This document shows, piece by piece, positions 32,566-41,793 of a stretch of 64,000 bases of DNA. The notes below the pieces were generated by a model. The model ran no database searches. It was not told the DNA's origin and saw only the letters and a program-made list of their open reading frames with translations. The translations under genes were made by a program, and so were the position numbers. Numbering within the stretch: position 1 is the first letter of the stretch; each line of letters begins with the position of its first letter. This stretch comes from an uncultured delta proteobacterium. Lineage in GTDB: Bacteria > Desulfobacterota > Binatia > UBA9968. The stretch is taken from assembly GCA_963745835.1 (NCBI GenBank), contig CAVUZH010000023.1, positions 1 through 64,000 on the forward strand, in the 5' to 3' direction.

Positions 32566-33347
32566 TCAGCCGCGGCCGACTTTTTCTTTACCGGCTGATT
32601 TTCGGCGTCTTCCTGCTGGCTGGCTGGGAGTTGAGCTCCGGGCGGTTGATCGATCCTTTTTGGGTCTCGAGCCCATCCAAGGTTTTCGGCTATATCTACG
32701 AGGTATTTGCCGATGGATCGATCTTCGCCCACTTAGGTATCACTCTCTATGAGACCTTTACCGGCTTTTTCATTGGCTCCATTTTCGGCATTGGGCTCGG
32801 GTTTTTTCTCGGCCGCAGAGAAATCCTCGCGGATATTCTGGATCCTTACGTTGTCGCGTTTAACGGCATTCCGCGCATCGCGCTGGCGCCGCTATTCATT
32901 ATCTGGTTCGGTATCGGCCCGACTTCAAAAGTCATTCTGGTTATAAGCGTGGTGTTCTTTCTTACCTTTTTCAACACTTTTGCCGGTGTCAAAGGCGTCG
33001 ACGCCGAGCTCAAAAATGTCCTGCGGATTATGGGCGCCAACGAACGACAAATTCTCATAAAAGTTACTCTGCCGGCGATCGTGCCCTGGATTACTACCGG
33101 TTTAAAGATCGCTCTTCCTTACGCCATCGTCGCCGCCGTCGTCGGAGAATTCATCGCCGCGAGCAAAGGCCTGGGTTATTTGATTAATTACAATACGTCG
33201 CTGTTTTCAACGACCGGCGCGCTTGGCGGAATCTTCATTCTCGCGATCGTGGTTGTTGTCTGCAACGAGGGGATCACTCGCGCGGAGTCTTATCTCTTGC
33301 GCTGGCGCCCCAGAGAAGAAAAGAAGAGCGAAGGCGAATTGTATTAA
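32562..33347 (+). CDS. NitT/TauT ABC permease
   Basis: GIPRIALAPLFIIWFG, VVGEFIAASKGLG. Confidence 0.92.
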   Translation: MISRGRLFLYRLIFGVFLLAGWELSSGRLIDPFWVSSPSKVFGYIYEVFADGSIFAHLGITLYETFTGFFIGSIFGIGLGFFLGRREILADILDPYVVAFNGIPRIALAPLFIIWFGIGPTSKVILVISVVFFLTFFNTFAGVKGVDAELKNVLRIMGANERQILIKVTLPAIVPWITTGLKIALPYAIVAAVVGEFIAASKGLGYLINYNTSLFSTTGALGGIFILAIVVVVCNEGITRAESYLLRWRPREEKKSEGELY

Positions 33348-33366
33348 AGTAAAGATCGGATGTTTC

Positions 33367-33384
33367 TAGCTGCTTCGGCAGCTA
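33367..33384. other. Stable cUUCGg hairpin after the ABC operon (no U-tract)
   Basis: tagctgc-ttcg-gcagcta perfect 7-bp stem. Confidence 0.45.
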
Positions 33385-33477
33385 AACCGGCCTAGCGGCG
33401 CGCGAAATTCACTTCGCGATCCTATTCTTCCTCCACCTGTGACAATTATCAGTTAGGGTCGGATCGGCAGGAACACC

Positions 33478-34365
33478 GTGAGATCGACACACCGGATTCA
33501 GGGAAAAGTATTACCGGCAGCCATTCGCGGCGGGCTGTGGATGGCGGCCGCGGCGGCTGCATTCACGGTCATGACCACACTAATCCGCGAAGCGGCCAAC
33601 GGAGTCCACCCATTCGAGATCGCCTTCTTTCGCGCTTTGGTCAACCTTGTTTTGATGTTACCGTTTGCAGTGCGCACAGGCAGCGCCGGACTCAAAACCA
33701 AAAACCATAAGGCATTCGCCTTGCGCGGTGTGTGCGGGCTTGCCTTTCTGATGACGTACTTCACCGGAGCGGCGTTGATCCCTGTGGCCGACTCGCAGGC
33801 TCTCACCTTCACTTCTCCACTGTGGGGAACTCTCCTGGCAGTTTTATTTCTGAGCGAACGGCTGACAATGACTCGCGCTTTGGCAGTTATCGTTGGATTC
33901 GCCGGCGTTCTTATCATCCTGCGACCCGGAGTCCTGCAGGTTAGCTTGGGCGCGGTTCTCGTGCTCGCGGGCGCGCTGACTGCTGCAGCGAGCAACACCA
34001 TCGTAAAATTCACAACCCGCACGGACCACCCGGACGCGGTGGTTTTTTATCAGATGGTGTACGTCACGCCACTGATAGCGATTCCGGCATTATACGTTTG
34101 GAGCTGGCCGGCTCTAGATCAACTCTTGTTGATGATTGGTGTCGGCTTCTTTGCGACTTTGAATCAGCGATTTCTCTCCCGCGCTTACGCGTCCGCCGAC
34201 GCGATTGCTGTGCTGCCGTTTGAGTTCGCTCGCCTGCCGTTCGCGGCGGTCATCGGTTTTCTAGCCTTTGGTGAGCTTCCGGATGTTTGGGCATGGTTAG
34301 GCGGCGCGGTGATCTTTAGCGCGTCGCTCTATATGGTTCGGCAGGAAACACGCGCGTCACGCTGA
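33478..34365 (+). CDS. DMT/EamA family transporter
   Basis: About ten TM segments; EIAFFR, FTSPLW, LIILRPG, FGELPD. Confidence 0.9.
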   Translation: MRSTHRIQGKVLPAAIRGGLWMAAAAAAFTVMTTLIREAANGVHPFEIAFFRALVNLVLMLPFAVRTGSAGLKTKNHKAFALRGVCGLAFLMTYFTGAALIPVADSQALTFTSPLWGTLLAVLFLSERLTMTRALAVIVGFAGVLIILRPGVLQVSLGAVLVLAGALTAAASNTIVKFTTRTDHPDAVVFYQMVYVTPLIAIPALYVWSWPALDQLLLMIGVGFFATLNQRFLSRAYASADAIAVLPFEFARLPFAAVIGFLAFGELPDVWAWLGGAVIFSASLYMVRQETRASR

Positions 34366-35195
34366 CAAGCAGACAGCGATTTTCGCTAGGTCAGCCGATC
34401 ATTTTGTTGGACGGGATATTGGAACACACAAAGCAAGCACGAGGTACTTAGAATTGATTTGCGAGCGGAAACAATCCGCCTTCAGATTGCAGCTCCAGGG
34501 TTTTCGAGTGAGTCATTGTTGAAGCTAGTCCAAGGATGGGGGAATTTGCAAAGCCGTGGCGTTTCTGTCGGCGGTGCATTGGTGTAAAGGGCAGCAAGGT
34601 GGCAGGTCGTTCGTAGTACTGCTGGCCGTTGAAAGTTGATCTCTGGGTTCCTCAGCCGGTTTTTTCCGCAACACTCTCCACGCCACAACAGTCATCGCCA
34701 TTGCTGCGGATATCGTTAGTCCAGCGCCGGAACAGCCGCACTTAAGAAACACGAGGATCAGATCATCCCAGGCACGCCGTTGATTGAAGAAGTTCAACAT
34801 TTCGTTTTCCTGCGCTGCAAGGACCGGAGAACTTTCCTTTCAGCGGGGAAAACTTTAGCAATGGCCGTGCCCGGCGCTGCAAACATCATGAGCCGGACTA
34901 ATCAAAATAAAGCCCGCAATATCAGGATGTTGCGGTCCACTAGACCCGCGGTTGATCGGGTTTCAGATCCGATTGCTCGGTCAATTTGTTAAAAACTCAC
35001 AACTTTGTGCGCTGGCAGTGTCGATGAGATGATTAAGGGATACTGCTGCAGCGCCTGACCGGAGTAATGTAAGAGCAGATCGAGAGCAGACTTATTCACG
35101 AAGAGTTCGGATGTATCAGCGCAGCACAAATGATGTCACTCGTGCTCCTATGATGTGCGAGAACGCCAAACCGTATTGTCGATCAAGGCGCGGTA

Positions 35196-36209
35196 TCAAC
35201 CGCGTTTGCCGTAGATCTTGTCGATGAATCCTTCCTTTTCGATTTCGCGCACAATGCTGTCGTCGATCAAATTGTCAATGGTCGTTTTGCTGCCCGGATT
35301 TTGCTTTAGAGCATCATCGAGCTGGATTTTCATTCCTTCCCGAGTCGTGTAAGGAACTCGCTCGATAAGTTTCGCGGTCGATTCATACGAACTGTCAAGA
35401 TAGGCTTTGTTAGCTCCGCGTAAGTATTTGGCGATGAGTTTCTGCGTGGCCTCCTTGTTGGTTCTAAAAAAATGCCCCGTCTCGATCAACGCCATCACAG
35501 CCCTTTTTACAACCGGACGTTTCTTGGCAAGATAACTTTTTGTCGTCACTGCGCAGATAAAAGGCAGTGGATACGGTTTCTCCAGATCGCCCATGTTAGC
35601 CAGAACCCGGTGCGGCAGGCCACCGGGTATGAGGTGTACGTTTCCTGGTGGAGAGGGAAACCCGGCGATGATTTTGCGGCTAAAGCCTGCGGCTCTCTCG
35701 GAGGCGCCGCCGACCTGAAGGATTTTCACGTCTTCCATCGGCTTTAAGCCCAACCCCCTGAGCAGCTCTCGCGCCGCCACGTCGGACACGCTACCGAAGC
35801 GGCTGATACCGATGGATTTTCCTTTGAGATCTTCAGCTGATTTGATGTTGTCGAGGACCACCAGTTCATACGGCAGAGTATTGATAAAGCAGGCGACGCT
35901 TACGGTATCGGCGCCGCGCACCGCCGCATTGGCAACCCCGCTACCTGCGCCGTTGCCGATCTGAACGTCCTGAGCGACGATGGCTGAGACCGCGACCGTG
36001 GTGCTGCCGATGTAGACCACCTCCGCGTCCAATCCGTGTTTCTTGTAGAACCCCGCGTCGGCAGCGATGGTCCACAATGAGTTCAGCGTATCGGTAGAAC
36101 TGTAGGCAACCCTGATGCTTTCCTGCGAATCGGCAGGTGAAGTGGCAATCCCGACTAGCAGAACGATGACGGCAGAAATAAACTGGCGATAACTGCGACT
36201 GCTGTTCAT
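35196..36209 (-). CDS. NMT1/SsuA-like ABC substrate-binding protein (orphan)
   Basis: GFYKKHGLD, DLKGKSIGISRFGS, DDSIVREIEKEGFI. Confidence 0.88.
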   Translation of the reverse strand: MNSSRSYRQFISAVIVLLVGIATSPADSQESIRVAYSSTDTLNSLWTIAADAGFYKKHGLDAEVVYIGSTTVAVSAIVAQDVQIGNGAGSGVANAAVRGADTVSVACFINTLPYELVVLDNIKSAEDLKGKSIGISRFGSVSDVAARELLRGLGLKPMEDVKILQVGGASERAAGFSRKIIAGFPSPPGNVHLIPGGLPHRVLANMGDLEKPYPLPFICAVTTKSYLAKKRPVVKRAVMALIETGHFFRTNKEATQKLIAKYLRGANKAYLDSSYESTAKLIERVPYTTREGMKIQLDDALKQNPGSKTTIDNLIDDSIVREIEKEGFIDKIYGKRG

Positions 36210-36343
36210 AAGTACTCCCGGCGATGTTGCTGGTTACAGGTTCTTGAACAGTTCGTGTTTAGAAGGGCAAGTCCTCTATCATTCCAGTCAGGTTACGGCG
36301 CGCACGTTGCGCCAACCCCGATGGAGCGCGGCCAGAAATTGCT

Positions 36344-37227
36344 TCATGTGCCGCGGCCCCACAAGCCGCAGTAGCGCCTCAAGATGAACGGCAACGCTTG
36401 CTCGTAGCCGGGCATGCTGGCGTATTTCGGCAGCTTCATTTCCTTCTCAACCGCATCCCAGCATTTGCCCTCGTGCGCGGCCTTCTTCACCTCCGCCGAA
36501 GTCTCCTGCAGAAAAACGAGCGTATCCTGCGCGTCTTTTTTCGTGCCGAGTCGACCGCCTGCGCCGGGATGACCAGGAATGAGTCGTTCCCAATCCATTG
36601 CCAGCACCTTTTTGATCGACTCCTCCCATTCGAGCGGATAGGAATCGATCATGCCGCGCCCTGGCAGTGAACCGACCGGCAGCCAATCGACCGTAAAAAT
36701 AATTTTCTCCGCCGGCAGCCGCATGACCAAAGTTGAGTCGGAATGATTCAGGCCGAGATACGTGAGCTCCAGTGTGGTGCCGCCGAGTGTAATCGTCCTA
36801 TCATTATCTACTGTCTCGTCGGGAATTACCGTATGCGGATCCTTGAGCCGTTCAAGACGCTCTTTGGCTTTCTTGTGCGCGATGAACGTGGCGCCGGCGT
36901 CCTTGAAGGGCTTACCGCCGGCTATATGATCGAAATGATGATGGCTGTAAATCACGTACCGGACCGGCTGATTCGTGACCTTCTTGATCTCGTCCAAGTA
37001 AGTGGTCACCGCCTGGGGCCGTCCGTAGCCGATCGGATCGGTCGCGATCACGCCCTCCTTGGTGACGACAAACATTGCTTGCGCGCCGCCGTAACGAAAA
37101 ACATAAACATTCTCGGTGCCGTCTACTTTAGTGGTCGCAAACGGCGGCTGTTGCTGGGCTTGGGCCGGGCGGTCAGAACCGTTATCGTCAGTGCTGCGCA
37201 TACCATGATATTAAGTAGAAATGACAT
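36344..37227 (-). CDS. Exported MBL-fold metallo-hydrolase (indel in signal peptide)
   Basis: SHHHFDH, NHS, IPGHP; GAGGAGG RBS before ATG at 37227. Confidence 0.88.
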
Positions 37228-38088
37228 TGACGCCTCCTCGGTTGTCTGATCTAAAGAAATGATTCAGTCCTTTGCGATGGAGAGTATCCAACGGGGTACT
37301 TCTATGTCAATGCTTCGCGTGCGAACTATAGCTTGGTTTGGAAGATGTGCCGGTTGGATAAAGGTTTAATTTTTGGACGAGGTTGGACGCCGAGTCCAAG
37401 CAATAACAGTTCGAGTCGTGACTCAAGGCCGTGCAGTCCGGCGCGTTCGTAAAGACCTTCGAAGACGGGAACAGCGCTGTGCTTGGATAGGACTGAAGCA
37501 GATAGATCGCGCAGACTGGGAGGAGGCTCAGAGCAACGGGCAGTCGCTTGAAGTGGACGACGAGGACGAAATGCCGGTGAGACGAGTCAAGTGAAAATCA
37601 CCTGTCGGGCAGGCATATCGGCTGCACCACGAACCGGTGCGACGGATCATCGTAGCCGACGACCGCAAGAACACCACCGTGGTTCACCGCGCGGGGGCCG
37701 GACTTTGATGCAACACCAGTTGAACGAGTCCTGCGGGTATTGCGAAGATGCCACGGAGCGACACGGCGACGGTCCGGCGCTTTCACTCTGAAGTCGTTCT
37801 GCAAAGCGGGCACGTAATTCGCTGGGAGTATTGAAGGAGAGAAACGAGCAAGGACGGTGATTATAACCGTAAGGGATTTTTACACGATGGAGGAAAAAAT
37901 TCTCGCGCAGAATGTGGAGAAAATTAAAGCCGCCGGTGACGACGCCAGAATTTCTATTGAACAGAACGAGAAGAACGGCACCGTGGCGGTGCGAATCACC
38001 TTGTATGAAAAAAAGAAGCAGTAACAATGGTCACTCGTCAAGCAGGTGACTCTATAGACGGTGCTGCCGGTGGTCTTCCGCCTGCTTA

Positions 38089-38421
38089 TTAAGTTTGTCG
38101 TGAGCCGCTTGCGTATTCTTCTGAATAATTGGTTTGAGCAGAATTTCGTACAAACACGATAATTGATACGAGCAATATCCAGGTTTCCGCTTTCACCTCT
38201 CGCCAATCATCAAATTTGTAGAGGATATAAAAAAGGATTCCGGCCCAGATGAGCATCCAAGTCGCCCACTCTATTGCGTACTGAAACCAAATCTCTAACA
38301 TGGGCAAGATACCGATGCGCTTAGCGATTGAAAGAAGTATCAGGCAGACGAGCGTTGCAAGGCCTATCCACACGCCCCACTCATCTGCGAAGCCGCGATA
38401 CCAAAGCTTAAACTCGTCCAT
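38089..38421 (-). CDS. Hypothetical membrane protein (about 3 TM)
   Basis: 110-aa ORF with Trp-rich hydrophobic segments. Confidence 0.55.
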   Translation of the reverse strand: MDEFKLWYRGFADEWGVWIGLATLVCLILLSIAKRIGILPMLEIWFQYAIEWATWMLIWAGILFYILYKFDDWREVKAETWILLVSIIVFVRNSAQTNYSEEYASGSRQT

Positions 38422-38430
38422 ATCGCCGTC

Positions 38431-38934
38431 CTACTCGTTAGCCAGCAGATCCGTCCCTAACTTCGTCCCGTGAAAACCTTTTGACCTTGGCGGCGCATCA
38501 CGAAGCCGAGTGTGTCGGAAGTTTTTTGACACCCACAGCAGGCAGCGGTATTTTTGGAGCTGTGCCAAGAGACTCACTTTTACGATCCCTCCGCGGCGTG
38601 TTGGTGACTGCCCTGGCAGTGCCGATGACATCCACCCAAGGAAACGCTCGATCTCTGGTTCACCAAGTGGGACGAAGGTCATTGCGATAAGAGGACTATC
38701 CGGAGTCGTGAAGCCCAGCTTGCTTAGAACCCGCTACGATTCTGACGTTAGATTCATAACAGCATATAGTTCGAGCGTGAAATGGGCGGGCTCTTGGAGG
38801 AGCACCTTGCGCGGGCGCAACTCCTTGATGAAGTCCAGGGACTCTTGGTGCCGCATCTCCCCCGGCGATAGCGCCGCTATCAGGACGGAGGCGTCCAAGA
38901 CGAGCGACTTCAAGCTCGGCACTGTAGCTGACAT
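38431..38934 (-). pseudogene. PIN-domain (VapC-like) protein, disrupted
   Basis: LVLDASVLIAAL...E.RHQES; in-frame TAG at 38734-38736 with in-frame continuation. Confidence 0.6.
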
Positions 38935-39079
38935 CAAGATGGATATGCCCCAGGTGCTGGTGAGAACGCAACAACAAAAACAAGGCCGCGTCCTTGTCTC
39001 GCTGTTCGAAATGGTCTGCAAGGCCCTGGCTAATTTTTTATTGTCTTCAGTTTGGGCCTGGGATATTTTTCGCGTCTAT

Positions 39080-39991
39080 ATGTCAGAAACAAAGCCGTGC
39101 TCGTTATGCGGGTTTGATGCTGCGGTTACACCGTTGTCGGACGCCGACCAGGTAAAGTGTGAAAAGTGTGGGAATTTCAATATTACGAGATCGCTTCTAT
39201 CAACAACTCTTGCCAACAGGGAGACCGAAGAAGCAAAGGAACATCTCCCGTATCTCAGCGCTAATACATCGGCAGGCGAGCGAACGGGGGGAAATCGTCA
39301 CTCTCAACACAGCTAACTGGAAGAACTTTGCGCTTGCCCATAAGGGCACCTCGATTTCACAAAAAGTCACTAAGCTACTGGAACTGATAGCGTCACATAC
39401 GAAGCCAGGGATTAGGGTCTTGATAGATCAGGATGCAGATGCACCTTTGGTGGATGCGGAATCAAAAGACGAGATGAATTTTCTTTTGGGTCATGTAAAA
39501 GAAATGGGTTACGTTCGCGAATTAGGTAGTAGTGATTACATGTTGGAAGTGAAAGGGTAGGAACAAATAGAGGCTGGGAAGATAGCCGGATTTCCGGGAA
39601 AGTGTTTTGTTGCAATGTGTTTTCACGAATCGCTAAATGACGCCTACAATGAAGGAATCTACCTCGCCGTAAAAGACTGCGGAATGGACCGGTGAGAATC
39701 GACCTAGTACCCCATAACGATAATATCGTAGACAAGATCATTTCGGAGATTCGATCCTGTCAGTTTATGGTGGCGGACTTTACCAAGCAAAGAGGGGGCG
39801 TTTATTTCGAGGCGGGGTTTGCTAAAGGGTTAGGGCGACCAGTTATTTGGACATGCCAAAAAGACGATTTTGAAAAGATCCATTTCGATATAGCTCAATT
39901 CAGCCACATTATTTGGAAGGACCCGGCCGATTTGCGAATGAGGCTCGCCGATAAAATTAAAGCAACGATTCCGGGTGCGGTTTTAACCTAG
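39080..39991 (+). pseudogene. Zinc-ribbon / linker / nucleoside 2-deoxyribosyltransferase (TIR-like) domain protein, disrupted
   Basis: CSLC...CEKC; KCFVAM; VADFTKQRGGVYFEAGFAKGLGRPVIWTC...HFD; two frameshifts and TAG at 39558-39560. Confidence 0.72.
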
Positions 39992-40331
39992 TGACAATGT
40001 TTTCGTTTACTATTCCCACCGGCCATTATAAACAAATCGGGCGTGCCGCTTTGGGGGGCCACCGGCAAATGTCCCATTGAGACAACAGCGCTTGTTTAGG
40101 CGCAGAGGACACTTCGGCACCCCGGAGAGACGCTAACACATGAGCTTAGAGCCGTTCAAGGCTGATGAAACACGTTATTCGGTTGTCTATTTTGGTTGCT
40201 CGTCTGGATTGTCCTCGGTCTGGCCTTCCTGTACTGGTTGCTCAGGTGACGCCCGTGCGCATCATGTCTCTCTAGAAAAAAGAAGCAGTAAAATTCGTTT
40301 ACATCGCCCCAAATCCTAATAAAAGGAGCGA

Positions 40332-40685
40332 ATGTGGCATGTGCTACTACCTGCTTTGGGATTGCTGGCAATGCTTGGCTCCAATGCCAATGCTGCACCC
40401 GCGCCTTGCGAGAAGAAGAATGTTTCCGAAGTGGTCAATGGGCTGAAAAAGTTGCGCGTGATTCACAAAATTGTGGACACCGGAACTGGCAACGTGCCCC
40501 AGGTGTTCGTCGATCCGACCGTATGGAATCGAATGAGCCTAGACGAAAAGGAACTGCTGGCCCTAAACGCGATCTGTTACGTCAACAATTACGAATGGCC
40601 CGCTCAGCCGATGATAAATGTCCACGATGGGCGGAATGGAAAACTTTTAGCACGGTGGAATAAACGGCTGAGAATCTTCGATTAG
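40332..40685 (+). CDS. Exported hypothetical protein
   Basis: AAGGAG RBS, signal peptide ending ANA-A, two Cys. Confidence 0.6.
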   Translation: MWHVLLPALGLLAMLGSNANAAPAPCEKKNVSEVVNGLKKLRVIHKIVDTGTGNVPQVFVDPTVWNRMSLDEKELLALNAICYVNNYEWPAQPMINVHDGRNGKLLARWNKRLRIFD

Positions 40686-41793
40686 AAACAAATGGAGATT
40701 ACCCACGGCAGCCACCCGAATGAAATATTACCAAACTCAAAAGTTGGGATTGATCTCAACAAAATAGTAAGGATGGGCTCGTTAGAAAACCAGGGTGTCC
40801 ACGCGGTTGTTATGACAAAGAAAACGAATATAGACGCTTTAATAAACGGCCGGCTGTGAAGCCACCGATCCAGTGCGGGTGGAATGGTCATCTAAGAATC
40901 AGCTCCATTATAAAATAATTATGAGATCCTGCGGCCAAGTAGACAAACAAACCCCCAAAAACGGTTTCGTTGACGCAGATGCGCGCTGAAATACCCTCCC
41001 ACAAAAAAGGAGAGTGTTATGTTTACCGACTGTAAAAGGTATCTCGTCGCATACTGAGACTGAGACTGGCCGGTTTAAGTGTCGATACTCTAAGGAACCT
41101 GGAGGATGCCTTTTCCGACTTCGAATTTTCGGGGCCATCTACTTGGGGACCGGAGTAAGGTTCGACCCTCTACGGTCCAAAGTACCGGCGCAGTGGACGG
41201 CAGTTCGTTTTTCGGTATGGGGCCGTTTGACATCCGTTTAACATCCAGGACCAGGAAACAGGTCACATCAGGCAAATAGGGTAAATAGGGGCGAAACTCA
41301 AGTGAAAGAATCCGAGGACTTACGAAAAGTCCCCGGATTCATTGGGCGGGTTTCCTGTTCTATGTCAATGCATGGACGGTAGGACGTTTTGATCCTCTGA
41401 TAAAACGTACAAGGAATGCAGCCTTCAAAAACAAAACCGGAGTTTCGTGCTCTATACATCACTGCAGTTCACGTGACGGAGATCATTTAGGCAGGCGCTT
41501 GTTTGCTTACTCGAATAGTTGCTGAATCTGTTTGAGGTAGGCGCGCTTTGGAAGGTTTGCGGGTCGGATTCGTTGCGCGGCACAGTGAGAAATTCCCGCA
41601 TAAACGTTGATGGCCGCTTGTCACTTAGCAGTCCACGAGGCCTACCCAACTATGCTATCGCGTGTGAACCGACCTGAACGCGGGTGCGATGATGAGCGAG
41701 TGGCACATGATCAGATCGCCTGGTGTGATCCGGTTAGTTTTGCGCAGGCACGCTTAAGCGGCTCGCGCTTTTTGTTAGAATGAGTTGAGGCTT

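Larger units (their letters stand above)
37300..41371. mobile_element. Decayed integrative-element remnant bounded by 14-bp direct repeats
   Basis: TTCTATGTCAATGC at 37300-37313 and 41358-41371; AT-richer interior with short ORFs and pseudogenes; no integrase seen. Confidence 0.55.

Noticed and set aside
34525-34950. Possible frameshifted Cys-rich exported protein on the minus strand
   Set aside because: No consistent reading frame or family could be reconstructed
37285-37313. Direct-repeat core (CTATGTCAA) as a dif/XerD site
   Set aside because: Resembles a XerD arm, but neither copy has a XerC arm (ATAA) at 6-bp spacing
37598-37813. NHGGVLAVVGYDD...RFVV resembling a papain-like (C1) peptidase fragment
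   Set aside because: Short similarity only; no catalytic Cys region or NSWG motif
38734-39560. Two in-frame TAG codons as stop-codon reassignment in a phage-derived island
   Set aside because: One fits a simple TGG to TAG change, the NDT gene also has frameshifts, and TAG is used as the real stop at 39991
41140-41400. tRNA or tRNA fragment at the island edge (GGTTCGACCC at about 41159)
   Set aside because: No cloverleaf, acceptor stem or CCA end could be built
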